Positions 23,340 to 36,631 are shown, counted from the first letter of the stretch. The stretch is 64,000 nt of DNA from Pristiophorus japonicus (GCF_044704955.1 NC_091999.1:21762001-21826000), one strand, 5' to 3'. Notes: generated by a model from the sequence alone, not told the origin. Numbers and translations are program-made.

Positions 23340-24260
23340 TTGGGTGGGAAAGCAAATTGTGAGGAAGACACTAAAAAATCTGCAAGAGGATCTAGACGAG
23401 CTAAGTGAGTGGGCAAAAATTTGTCTCACGATGTATAATGTGGGAAAATGTGAGGTTGTCCACTTTGGCAGAAAAAATAAAAAATACAATTATAATTTAA
23501 ATGGAGAAAAATTGCTAAGTGCTGCGGTAAAGAAGGACCCTGAGGGTCCTTGTGCATGAACCACAAAAAGTTAGTATGCAGATAAAGCAAATAATCAGGA
23601 AGGCAAATGGAATTTTGGCGTTTTTTTCAAGGGGGATAGAGTATAAAAGCAGAGATGTCCTGCTACAACTGTACACTGTATTGGTGAGGCCAAACCTGGA
23701 GTACTGCTTACAGTTTGGATCTCCGCATTTAAGGAGGGATATACTTGCATTGGAGGCTGTTCAGATAAGGTTCACTAGGTTAATTCCAAAGATGAGGTGG
23801 TTGTCTTATGAAGAAAGGTTGAGTAGGTTGGGCCTATACTTGTTGGAATTCAGAAGAATGAGAGGTGTTTTTATCGAAACATATAAGGTAATGAAGGGGT
23901 TCGACAAGATGGATGAAGAGAGGATATTTCCACTCATAGGGGAAACTAAACCTAGGGGTCTTATTCTCAGAATATGGGGCTACCCAGTTCAAATTGAGAT
24001 AAGGAGGCATTTCTTCTCTTGGAGGGTTGTGAAGCTGTGGAATTTTGTGCCAGAAAGAGCTGTGGAGGCTGGGTCATTGAATATATGTGAGGCGGAGATG
24101 GACAGATCTTAGAGCGATAAGGGAATAAAGGGTTATGGGAACTGGCAGGGAAGTGGAGCTGGGTCCATGATCAGATCAGCCATGACTAAATGGCAATGCA
24201 GGCTCAAGGAGCCAAATGGCCTCGTCCTGCTCCTATTTCTTATTTTCTAATATTCTTATG
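23340..24260 (+). mobile_element. CR1 LINE 3' part
   Basis: ORF 23552-24112 LVRPNLEYC...EFRRMRG; ttcttatg tail. Confidence 0.95.
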
Positions 24261-24384
24261 TCCTAGCGTGATTTAAAAATATTCCTTGTCCATTGCAATA
24301 ATAAGTGCGGCAGGATCTAGTGTTTTATAAATAGAGACGGGTCTTAGTGTAATATGAACCTAGACATGATGTAGTTATAGAATA

Positions 24385-25310
24385 ACAGAATAGAGAATGA
24401 TACAGTAGATAACGTGCACATTCAGTCCACTTGTGCCTGCGCCGGCACTAAGCTGAAACAGCTAAGCAATTAGTCCCACTCCCCTTGCTGTTTCCCAATA
24501 TCCCTGCATTTTTTCAAATACCATTATTTACCCAATTCCCCTTTGAAACTTATTACCGGAACTGCTTCCAGCACCCTATCAGGTAGTGGATTCAAGATCA
24601 TAACAGCTCGTTGTGTATTTCTTTTTCCTCATTTCGCCTCTGGCTCTTTTGCCAAGTTCCTTAAATCTGTATCCTCTAGTTACAGACCGGTCAGCCAATG
24701 AAAAATTAGCTTCTTATTTATAGTGTCAGACCCATTCCCGATCTTGAACATGTTTGTCAAGCTCACTTTAGCCTTCTCTGCGCGAATTACAGCAATACCA
24801 ATGTCCCGAGTGTCTTCACTTTACTGAAGTCTTTAATCCAAAGTACTATTCTAGTAACTTTCCGCTGCACCATTGCCAAGGCCGTTCAATCGTTCCTAAA
24901 TATGGCGCTCACAAAAAACAATGCCTTCCAGATGCTTAGCAATATGTTCCTTGCATTTGCACCCTTTATCTCTATTTATAAAAACGAAAGATAAGGTATA
25001 CATTCTGCAATTCAGATCAGAACAACTTGCTATATCAAAACATCTCCTCATCTCCCTTCTGTTATTTTTTTGCAAAGGATCTTAAATCTGTGCCCTCTGG
25101 TTACCGACACTCCTGACAGTGTAAACAGTGTCTCATTATTAACCGTATCAAATCACGTCATAAAGGGAAGGCTATAACTGGCAGAGGCATTATTTTCTGA
25201 TTGCTCCAGAGATTGATTGGTAGATTTTGGTTCCGTTAGGATGTTACGTGTGACGGAACTAATCCTGGTCGATGGAATTAAGATGCCGATCATCCGTCAT
25301 CTAATTGAGT
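24385..25310. mobile_element. Highly degraded CR1 fragments
   Basis: gtgcctgcgccggc..., cttaaatctgtgccctctgg remnants. Confidence 0.55.
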
Positions 25311-25359
25311 AGAAGAATGGTATAGTTCAGTACTAATTGAGAAAGCGTATCGTGAAATT

Positions 25360-26860
25360 TAAACTGAGGAATGTTCTAATCCATTAATAACAGAGACAAC
25401 ACCTAGAGCAATATAAAGAGGAGACATCGTCTAGTGTAGTAAAAACTGTGACAGTGCCTAGTGTAACATATATAGAGACATGGTATAGATTGTAATAACT
25501 GAGAGTGCCCAGTGTACTATAAGAATAACATTGCCTAGTGCATTATAACTGAGGCAAGATTTCGTGTAATATGAGAGATACATAGCCGAGTGCAGCAATA
25601 AATGAGACAGTATTTAATCTTAGACTATATGAATACAGGCACGGTCCATTACAATAATAAACTGAGAGAGGGCATCGTGTAATATAAACTGAGACAAGGC
25701 TGAGTGAAATTTAATCACATGCATGGTCTAGTGGAGCGATAACTGAGACAGAGCCTAGTGTAATATAAAGAGACACGTGTTCTCATGCACTAACAGAGAG
25801 AGCCTTGTGTAATATAAAGAGAGACATGGCTTAGTACAGCAATAACTGAGATATGGCCCAGTGTAATATGAACAGATGCAGAACATAGTGTAATATAACT
25901 AGTGACAGGGTCTAGTGCAATGATGAATGAGGCTGGACATTGTGCAATATTAACAGAAACAGAGTCTAGTACAGTACTAATGGAGACAGGACCTAATGTA
26001 ATATACCAGCGATATGGTCTGGTGAAGTAATAACTGAGACATTGTCTCGTGTAATGTAAACAGGGACATTGTCTTGTGTAATATAAACAGAAACATTGTC
26101 GAGGACAATGTAAACATGCACATTGTCTTGCGTAATAAAAATAGAAAAATTTTCTTGTGCAATATAAACAGAGACATTGTCTAGTAAAATATAAACAGAG
26201 ACATTGTCTGGTGTAATATAAACAGAGATATTGGCTAGTGTAATATAAACAGAGACATTGTCTGGTGTAATATAAACAGAGATATTGGCTAGTGTAATAT
26301 AAACTGAGACATTGTCTACTGTAATATAAACTTAGACATTGTCTAGTGTAACATGAACTGAGACATTGTCCAGTGTAATATAAACAGAGATATTGTCCAG
26401 TGTATTATAAATTGAGTCATTGTCTACTTAAATATAAACTGAGATATTGTCTACTGTAATATAAACAGAGACTGGACCTACTGTAATATAAACAGAGACA
26501 AGTTCTATTGCAACAAAAACTAAGATATGCCCTACTGTACTTCTAACAGAGGCATTCTCTAGATCAATATAACTGAGGCAGGGCACAACTGTCTAAGTTA
26601 TTAGTGTAGTTAACCTGGTCTTCGTTTATATTGTACTGGACCATGTCCCTGTTTATATTACACATGGCCCAGTCCCAGTTATTCCTGCACCAGAACATGT
26701 TTAATTTAAATTATATCTGACAATATCTCTGTTTATATTACATAAGTCCCTTTATCAATTATTACTGAAACAGATATTTTTCTGTTTATAAAATTCATGA
26801 CCTGGTTTATATTATACTCGGTCCTGTCTGAGTTATACTGCACTACACACTGTCTCAGTT
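25360..26860. repeat. 27-bp minisatellite field with orientation switch near 26600
   Basis: gtaatataaacagagac orientation up to ~26580 (cattgtc variant 26040-26460), gtttatattacac orientation after ~26620. Confidence 0.85.
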
Positions 26861-28257
26861 TAAGAAAATAAGGACATAACAATTAGGAGCAAGAATAGGC
26901 CATTCGGCCCCTCAAGCCTGCTCCGCCATTGTGGCTGGTCTTCGACCTCAACTCAACATTAACCGAAGTCTCTCATGCCTGATACTAATCTACTACATCT
27001 CCTCTTAACCATTTCTGCTCTAAGGAGAACAGCACCGGCTTCTCCAGTCTCTCCACATATTTGTTATCGCCCATCCCTGATGCGTTTCCAGTAAATCTCT
27101 TCTGCACCCTCTCGAAAGACTTCATGGACGTCCGATAGTGTGGTGCCCAGAATTGGACACAATACTCTAGCTGGGGCTGAACTAGTGTTTCTAGTCATTC
27201 ATCCCTGGTACCAATCTGGTAAATCTCCCGTCAGCCTTCTCTGCTGTAAGGAGAACAGCCCCAGCTTCTCAAAGTCTGTCCGCGTAGTGAGAGCTTGTGT
27301 CCTACCGTCCCACATAAACAATGGCAGCGAGATCGAGGCGGGAACTGGTCCGTCCCCAACAGCGAGATGGGGGTGGGAAAAAGGGCAGCTGAAAGTCGAC
27401 GATGTCTTGTAACAATTTATTCTTTTTATTTAAAAATAGTAAAAATTTCCTGACTGCCCCAACTAGAATTTCTACCCAACACCAGTTTCCAACCAACTCC
27501 CACTACGGAAAGGTCAACATGTTATTTCACGTCACTTTTTTAGGGGAGCATGGAGGGATTAAATGTATAGATTTAGCATCTTTCGCTCTCTCTTATTTGT
27601 TAAAATATATGAAAGCCCGGTGAAGTAATTGGGCACAGAAAATTCCAGCTGAGGAATCCCCATCGATGGAAGCAGAAACACTGCAAAGGGAAAAATACGA
27701 ATCATTTGGGATGGATGGAGGGTGGAAGGAGTGGAGCAAGGGCGGGGTGGAGTGAAGCAGGGTTGTAGTGAGGGACAGCGGGATGGAGGGTTGGGTGTAG
27801 GGAGGGTGAAATTAATGGAGGGAAGAATGAAGGGTGGGAGAGAAGGAGATACTGGTGGAGGGAGGGAGGGATGGTGGGAGGGAGTGATGGAGTATCTCCC
27901 CTTATAGCCGATCAAAACACTTCATCATTTTGAACACCTCTATTAAGTGGCCCATAACCTGCTCGGTTCTAACGAGCACAGTCCCAGCTTCCAGCTGCTC
28001 TGATGATGCAGCTCACACAGTGTAAAACTGAAGTTCGGTGACTCCTTCTGCCTCGGGCACTTCCAGATGTTCCCCGTGGAATCGCTGACATTTTTCTATG
28101 GACCCAATGTAAATCCCAGTGTGGGAATGACATCCCATGCAAGAAAAGAGAACTGGCCCCTGATAATAAATGGAGCGGTGTAAGACTGTGCTCAGGCCCT
28201 GAACTTCAGACACAATGAGTTTAATGGCAGCATTCTAAAATACAAGATGTGATATAT

Positions 28258-28712
28258 TCAAGCCTCGGCTCAGTGGGATCGCTCTCGCCTCTAACTCAGA
28301 AGGTCACAGATAATAAACCCCACTCCAGAAACCTGATCCATAATCTACGCTGACTCGCCCGGTGCCAGTACTCAGGGAGTGCTGCACGGTCAGAGGTGCC
28401 ATCTTTCAGGGCAGACATTAAACTGAAGTCCATCTTCCCACTCAGTTGGCTTTAAAGGACTCATGGCACGATATTAAAGAGCAGAGGAGTTCTCCAGGGT
28501 TTCCAGCGCAAATACTTATCCCTCAACCAACATTTGAAAAATAGATTATCTGATCATTATTTCATTGCTGTTTGCGGGATCTTGCTGCGCACCAATTGAC
28601 AGCCACGTTTCCTACATTACAATAGTGACCGCACTTCCACAGTAAATCATTGGCTGTAAATCACTTTGGGACATCATGAGGCCATGAAAGGCGCTATATC
28701 ATGCAAGGTATT
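28258..28712 (+). mobile_element. SacSINE1/DeuSINE-type SINE (unit copy 3)
   Basis: Same sequence and flanks as other copies. Confidence 0.9.
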
Positions 28713-31700
28713 TCTAAATGTCAACATTTCAAAATACAAGTTGCAATATGTGAACAGCTTAGATATTACTGTGATTGTCGAACACGCCTCTGCTCACTCG
28801 TTAAACTAATTTAATTTTAGTTGGTTAAATCTTCCATTGAATGGAGATCCAGTGGAATACGAACCTGTTCAGAGATGTTCCACTGATTAAGCAGAACTTT
28901 CAGAACTGAATTACAAATTTTAATATTTATTCCCTTTGATATAAATCACATCTGTTGTAATTGAACAAAACTGAAGCCAAGGTGACTGTTCGACATCTTT
29001 CTACTTATGTGTACCCACTGTCAATATGCTTAAAATGAGACATTGTTCTGAGTTGAGACTAATCAATAAGTGACTCTGTTGTTCTGATTTTGCTGCCATG
29101 AACACTTCATGGCAACCAGTGAGGCGTTTATGTAAACAGACACAAACATAGAAGTCCCAGATTAGAGTATTGAGCGACAGAGACACAATAAATGTTTCCC
29201 CACCAATACAGCATCGAAATAAAGATAGAGAGAAATGGAAATGTCTCAACAGATTCCAGTAAAATTGTTTTTCGGTGCATTTTACTAAATTATATTAGAA
29301 TAAAGTAAAGATGAAACCCACGGACAGAATGGGGAAAGATTCCTTCTCGTCAGCATATAGAACAATATCACATGTACCGTCTCCCTCTCCTTTTTCCATT
29401 TTCTGTTCCATCTGTCAAGAATTGTTCGTTGACATTTCCCCACAAATAAATGTCAACAGATAACAAAAGATTTCCCTCAGCCATAAGGATATGCCTCGGA
29501 CCAAATTGATTGGAGTGCACAGAGGAAGCTTTAATCCAAAATGTGAACTGTGCATTAAATGACATGCGAGTATTTGATGGGAAAGTGTAGAGGGATCTTT
29601 ACTCTGTATCTAACCCGTGCTGTAATTGCCCTGAGATTGTTTGATGGGACTTTGTAGGGGGAGCTTGAACTCTGTGTCTAACCAGTGCTGTACCTGCCCT
29701 GGGATTCTTTGATGGGACTTTGTCGGGATAGCTTTACTCTGTATCTAACCAGTGCTGTACCTGCCCTGGGATTGTTTGATGGGACTTTTTAGAGGGAGCA
29801 TTATTCTATGCCTCAACCGTGCTGTACCTGCCCGGGCAGTGTGTGATGGGACAGGAAAGAGGAAGTTTTCTTGTATCTGACACATGCTGTACCTGACCTG
29901 GGAGTTACATGGTCTAGAGCAGTAATAATTGAGACAGCGTCTAGTTTAATATAAACAAGGACATAACCTAATGCAGTGATAACGGTGACAGGGTCTAGTT
30001 TAATATAAACAGAGACATGGTCTCGTGCAGTAATGTGAAAAGATGGGGTTAATGTAATATCAGCAATGTCCTTGTCTAGTTTAATATAAACAGATGCAGG
30101 GTTTTTAGCAATAGGACAAAACGCATGGCATATTCCAGTAATATCCGAGAGAGCGCTGAGTACAATATTAGTAGTTCTATAAAGGGACATTGTTTTATTG
30201 GTCCCTGAAATTTGGGTGTCGCTGGCAAGGCCATCATTGATGGTCTATCCATAATTGGCCTTGAGAAGCAGGTGGTGAGCTGCCACCTTGATCTGCTGCA
30301 GACCGTGTGGTGAAGGTACTTGCACAGTGTTAGGGAGGGGGTTCCACGAATTTGACCCAGCGACTCTGAAGGAACGATAATCAATTTCCAAATCAGGAAG
30401 GTGTGTGATTTGGACGGGTACGTGGAGATGATGGTGTTCTCATGAGCCTGCTGCCCTCGCCCTTCTAGTTGGAAGAGGTCGTAGGTTTGGAAAGAGCTGT
30501 CGAAGATGTCTTGGCGAGCTACTGCAACGCATCTTGTGGATAGTAATCACTGCAGACATGGTGCGCTGGTGGTGGAGGAAGTGAATATTTAACTTGGTAT
30601 GTGGAGTTATATAAACTGGAATAGTGTCTAGTTCAATAACAACTGAGACAGGCTCTGGTGTATTATAAAACCATAGAATGGTTACAGCACAGAAGAGGGT
30701 CTTTCGGTCCATATAGCCCGTACCGTGCTCTGCAAGAGCATTTCAGCTAGTCCACTGCCCCGCCCTTTCGCGAAGCCCTGTGAATTTTCTTACTTCATGT
30801 TCTGATCGAATTCCCTTTGCAATGCCATGATTGAATCTGCCCCTATCACATTTCAGATTCTAAACACTCGCTGCATAAAAATATTTCTGTTTTGTCGCCT
30901 TTGGTTCTTCTGTCAATCACCTTAAATCTGTGTCCTATTTTCTCAACCCTTCCGCCAATTGGGAAAAGTTTTTTGCCAGCTACTCTGTCTAGACCCCTTA
31001 TGATTCTGAACACCTCGATCAAATCTCATGTCACCCTTCTCTGCTCTGAGGAGAAAAACCCCAGCTTCTCCACTCTAACCACATAACTGAAGTACCTTAT
31101 CCCTGGAACCACACGTAAATCTTTTCTGCACCCTCTCTAAAGCCTTCATATCTTTACTAAAGCGCGGTGCCCAGAATTGGAGACAATACTCCATTTGCGG
31201 CCTAATCAGTGTTTTATACAGGTTCATCATAATTTCCTTGCTTTTGTATTCTATGGCTCTATTTATGAAGCCAAGGATGTCGTATGCTTTTTAAAACACT
31301 TTCTCAACCTGCCCATTTAATGATTTGTGCACATATAACCCCAGATCTCTGTGTTCATTGCACCCTTTAGAATTATATCCTTTTGTTTATTTTGCCTCTC
31401 CTCATTCTTCCTTCCAAAATGTATCACTTCACAATTTTCTGCTTTTTATTTGCCACGTGTCCGTCTATTCCACCAGCATGTCTATGTCCTATTGAAGTCT
31501 CCTACAATCCTCCTCACTGTTCACTATACTTCCAAGCTTGAGTCATCTGCAACTTTTGAAATTGTGCCCTTACACCTGAATCTAAGTCATGAATATAAAT
31601 CAAGAAAAGGAGTGTTCCTGGCACCAACTGCTGAGAGCACCACTGTATACCTTCCTCCAGTCCAAAAAAATCACTGCTCTCTGATTCCTGTCACTCAGTC

Positions 31701-32314
31701 AATTTCGTATCCATGCTGCCACTGTCCCTTTTATTCTATCGGCTTCAACTTTGCTGGCCAAGATATTGTCAGGGCACTTTTTCAAACACCTTTTGCAAGT
31801 CACCCACAACAACGATATAAACTGAGACTTGGTCTATTGCAGTAAAAACTGCGACGGTGTCTGGGTGTAATGAGAGAAACAATGAGTCAGCTATTTACAG
31901 ATTTATTAACCTCAAGCCTGGTACAGGTGCAGTTTCATGTTTACCATAATTTGCAATAATCATCACACACTGCAGGTGCATATCAGGGGATTCTGTGTGA
32001 TGGTGAGGTGATCACTGGACAATAACGCGCAGAGACTAGTGGCTGGCTGCTCATTTTCCTCGGTTTAATTTAATCCCCTTTCCCACTGAAAACTGCGGAC
32101 AGACATGGTCACCTTGATAACAGAAAGGTCAGCGTGACATCACTTTCTAAAGGAGAGTATGCAAGACAATGTTGCATCAATAAATGTTAAATGTATTAAA
32201 CGATCTGCAATTAGCTGTTCATTGAAATAAAATGCTGAAAAATAATGGTTGAAGATAATCATTTATCTTTGTGGCATGCAATTGCACATTTTATGATTTG
32301 TACATACAGGCACA

Positions 32315-32332
32315 GACACACATACATTTGCA

Positions 32333-32369
<37 letters not shown>

Positions 32370-32422
32370 ACACACACACACACACACAAACACACACGCA
32401 CACACACATACATACGCACATA
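32315..32422 (+). repeat. (CA)n microsatellite between exon D and block E
   Basis: Direct reading; equivalents at ~14975-15024 plus 15623-15640 and at 43333-43400. Confidence 0.95.
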
Positions 32423-33159
32423 TATAGCAGTCACTTTGTCTGTACTCTTGTCAGTTGATCGTCTCAACCAGAAGAGATTATCTTTCGGTGGACATTAGGA
32501 CCCTGCGGCCACCCATCCGGTGGTGCTGTGAGGTCACGGTTCCAGACTCTGTCTGACACATACTGGTCACGTGAAAGCTCAATAGAAAATACTGCAGGAA
32601 AGACACTCCTTAAAATTAAATAACTGGGGGAAATGAGCACAGTACAACAAAAGTGTGAATTAGTAACCTTTAACACACAGAGTGCCACTAAGTAGTTTAA
32701 AGTGCAGTGAATTGCTCACCTTCAATCCTGTCCCTCAATCCCAGTCCATCTCTGGGAGATTGTTACAAGATTCACCCCATCCTCTCAACTCAAATATTAC
32801 CGTCACAATACCAGATCTAAAGTACTTTGCACACAACTCTTGATAGCTAGTAACAAAATTAAACGTATCTTGCAACGAAAAAAGTATTGCATCCTCCCAC
32901 CCTCACGCATATATATCTTTATTTATATTAACATCAATCCACCGTCTATATAGCTTCTGTCTATCTAACAGACGCATGGTCGAGCGCAGAAGTAACTGAC
33001 AACAGTGTCTGTTGTACAATAAATCGAGATATAGTCCCTGGAGTGGGAGTTTATCCCAAAACTATCTGAGACTGAGGCAAAAGTGAGAAAAATTGAGCCC
33101 CAGTTGACACAGACAGACATTGTCTTGTGAAGTCAATGGATACATGGCCCAGTTTACCA

Positions 33160-33571
33160 TAAAGGCAGACTGGGCCTCGTGTAACATAAAGGGAGACAGG
33201 GTCGACTGCAACCTAAACAGAGACAGGGCGTAGTGTAATATAAAGAGAGACAGGATCCAGTGTAATATAATAAGAGATAGGGTCTAGTGTAATATAAAGA
33301 GAAACAGGGTCTAGTGTAATATAAAGATAGAAAGGGTCTAGTGTAATATAATCAGAGACAGAGCCCAGTGTAATATAAACTGATACAGGGTCTAGTGAAA
33401 TATAAATATAGACAGGGTCTAGTGTAATTTAAACAGAGACAACGTCTAGTGTAATATAAAGATAGACAGGGTCCAGTGCAATATAAAGAGAGACATGGTC
33501 TAGTGCAATATAAACAGAGACAGGGTCTCGAGTAATACAAACAGAGACCGGGCCTAGTGTAATATAAACAC
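33160..33571 (-). repeat. 27-bp minisatellite
   Basis: Tandem acagggtctagtgtaatataaa.agag. Confidence 0.9.
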
Positions 33572-36503
33572 GTTAATTATAGGTTAATTAGTATTTTAAT
33601 GTGATACTTGTGTCTGACTTTTTTTTAGATATGTCACTAATATTAGGGCATATAACCGATACGGCCTCTCTCATTTCGTGTTCAAGTTCGATAATTTTTT
33701 CTCTTTTTTTGCATTTGATGTTCATAAGAGATGTGAATCCTAATTCGCAGAGATGTAGAAAACTGCATCAGAATTATCAAAGCTTTTTTTGATATTGCAG
33801 GATATTCTTCTTTAATAGAAATCCAGAATTCATCAAGAGACATATCTGAATGTTTCATTTTAAGACTGTGGTCTGTAGAAGTAGAAGTCAATTCTTCTTC
33901 TTCTTGCAACGTAAAATCAAAATCTGACGTATTAGTTGGAGAAAATGGAATCATATTCTCTACATACAAAGATCGAAAATATTTTTTGATGCTGTCTTCC
34001 AGTGATGCCAAATGCTCTATCACAATAGGAGCAACCTTTTTAATACTGTGATTTGGTATCAAAGGGAAGGTTTTAAGATTTTTTTTCTGTTGCACTCTTT
34101 TTTCCAGGGAGAATTGTTTTTCTGAAAAACTAATAGCTTGTCTGTCGAGGTGAGAATGTTTTCATTTCGCCCTTGCATACTGGTATTAACGCTGTTTAGA
34201 CAATTAAATACAGCTGCCAAATATGCCAACTTAGCACACCACTTTTCACTCTTCAGGTATTTGCAAATGGTATCATTTCCTTCTTTTTCAAAAAATACTG
34301 ACAATTCTTTTTTAAGTTCAAATACACGACATAAGACTTTTCCCCTTGAAAGCCATCCTACCTCTGTATGCAAAAGTAAACATTCGTGCTGTGCATCCAT
34401 AGCTTTGCAGAGCTGTTTAACAAGCAAGTTTTTAAAGGTCTTGATTTTATATAATTTACAATATTATCAACCTGATCTAACACAGATTTTAATTCGAGCA
34501 GTAATGTCTTTGTAACAAGTGCTTCTCTATGCAAAAAGCATTGGGGGAATATATTTGGATTATGTTTTTTTGCAAGCGTAATGAACCCTTTGACAAATCC
34601 CACCATAGATTGAGCACCGTCAGTGCAGATTCCAACACATGAGTCCCATGAAATTCTCAAGTCTTCTAAATATGAATTCACAGAATCAGATATGTCTTGA
34701 CCTCTAATACTTTTGGGAAGTTCTCTTCAGCACAGAAATTGGTTAACTATCTCGTTTTCATGAATGAAGCGAACAAATGCTAACATTTATCACTAATGTT
34801 GGTGGACACGTCGATTTGCACAGCACAATTCGAGTTTGTAAGTTTATTGGCTACATTTTCTTCAATGTTAGGTGACATTTCATTTATGCTTCTCCGAATT
34901 ATAACGTCAGACAGCGGAATGTTTGCAATTTCTTGTTCCGCTGCATCACCAAGCATTATTTTGGCAATTTTACGACATGTATGCAACATACGTGACTCAG
35001 CTACAGTATGAGACTACATTTTCTGCGCTATTAATTCAGCAATTTCCTAAGATGCAATTTGAAACTTACCTTAACATTTTTTTCAAAATATTTCACTTGT
35101 TTTGATTGCGTTGCCATCAATCTCTGAAAATACATCTGATCTTTTGTTGAAAGATGTGCATGTTTCGTAGTACAATGACGTTTGAATGTCCTGGGAACCA
35201 TTGCACTGTTCTACAGTTTTTTTTGCCGCACAAACACACAGTGGAATGGGGCATTCTTCTTCTCCTGTCCATGAAAAAGTGAACCTCAAATAATCCTCCA
35301 TATATTGACGATGAATTTTGGATTTTTTAGGATTCGGTTTGGCGCCGCTTGTACTGGCGTTGGTTGTAGGCCTACTAGCGCCACTTGTAGTGGCATTGTG
35401 ATTGATATCACCTTGCTCATTGTTACGTTTTCTTATGATGAATATGTCCATTGGGAGGACAACATTTTTCTTCTGAATGATCCAAACTCCGGACAGATAC
35501 GAACTGAGTCTTCCAATTTCCAAACTCCAGAGAGTCCAGACAGAAACGAAACTAGAGTTGAACAGGAAGTTTTGATTTTGACTGTGGTCAAAATATGCCA
35601 AAAGCGAACGCTCAGAAATCAAAGTAACCGCTAGAATGGCGAGGCCAGGTCAAATTGGATGACGCTTACATCAAAGGAGGAGCTAATTGGCGCTATATCA
35701 GGTCAAAGCATCAAAGATGCCGCCAGTCCCGGCCACACATCAAGCTGCAGATCAATGAACAAAAATAACAAAATATAAATAAGAATGTAATTAAATAAGG
35801 TTTGACATTTTCGTATAAAAACTACACATTTTACTGCATATGTGTTAGAGTCATCTTTCATTTCTTTCATCCAATATAATAATTACATTTTAAGCTTTTC
35901 AAATGAACAATTTAATACTATTATTTTGGATTGGGCATGGACATGGCCCAACTGCCCCCCTGGCTAAGCCTTGGTACAGACGCACATACACACACAAGCA
36001 CACGCTTACACACACAGTTTCAGTCGATGGTAGGCACTCGCACTTCTCTATCAGTAATGGGAGGGAGTAAGGTAATGATAGAGGTGGGGTGGGGGGGGGG
36101 GGGGCGGGGTTGTGCGATGTCGAGTACTCAAAGGAAACAAATTTTGCCAAAGGATTTTGTTCTGAGTATGGACATTTAAATTGTTTGTATGTGCTATCTC
36201 TTGTCATCATTACTTGTACAACTCTAGAACATAGTTTTTTTTAATAATAATAGAGATAAATAGATAGTTATTTGTCAATATTGACAATGTTTATGACAGC
36301 AGTGGCGTCATACATATAGGTAGATGACATATGTGTCTGTCTGTTTCTCTCCCTCCCCCTCCCCTTCTGTTTCAGAGTGAAATGGTTTGTGTTTCATTGA
36401 GAAATCAGCTAAAGTCCACCATACTTTTACACAATTTGCCGGCACACTTGTGAAGGGTTCACGGCACACCAATATGCAGCGGAATACCTGTTGAGAACCA
36501 TTG
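33572..36503 (-). mobile_element. hAT (Buster/Charlie group) DNA transposon, one TIR retained
   Basis: Terminal CAATGGTTCTCAAC (reverse complement of 36490-36503) with cggcacac subterminal repeats; unit sequence resumes at atctaaaa (36504). Confidence 0.85.
33596..35451 (-). pseudogene. hAT Buster/Charlie-family transposase pseudogene (ZBED5/SCAND3-related), frameshifted
   Basis: YLRFTF...PLCV (BED finger), VQIDVST, CTDGA, CFLHREAL, LLLHTEVGWLSRGKVL, FWISIKEEYP and terminal QVSH* spread over several frames. Confidence 0.92.
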
Positions 36504-36631
36504 ATCTAAAACCTTTATGATTTTAAACACGTCGATCACATCTCCACTTTAACTTCTCTTCTTCAAGTAGAACAATCCCATCTTCTACAGTCTCTCCACA
36601 TTAACTGAAGTCCCTAATGCCTCGTACTAAT

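Larger units (their letters stand above)
27593..32800 (-). other. Unidentified spliced gene family, copy 3, best preserved (intron 32592-32719; exon D 31911-32146; exon B 28017-28159; exon A 27680 to stop 27593)
   Basis: All predicted AG/GT sites intact; B+A splice gives open frame GPVLFSCMGCHSHTGIYIGSIEKCQRFHGEHLEVPEAEGVTELQFYTVVSASIDGDSSAGIFCAQLLHRAFIYFNK*; minus-strand AATAAA at ~27425. Confidence 0.5.
26960..33571. repeat. Tandem segmental unit, copy 3
   Basis: All blocks present, no young insertions. Confidence 0.95.

Noticed and set aside
28016-28060. CACAGTG heptamer in several copies, suggesting V(D)J recombination signals in a shark Ig/TCR cluster
   Set aside because: No ACAAAAACC-like nonamer at 12 or 23 bp, and no V (YYC), J (WGxG/FGxG) or C-domain motifs; the heptamer overlaps the exon B donor
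33596-35451. Domesticated ZBED5/ZBED8/SCAND3-type host gene
   Set aside because: Multiple frameshifts and a retained TIR indicate a dead transposon
35635-35975. Possible nested MITE in the hAT 5' region (atggcgaggccagg versus ctggctaagccttg)
   Set aside because: Inverted-repeat match too weak and no TSD seen
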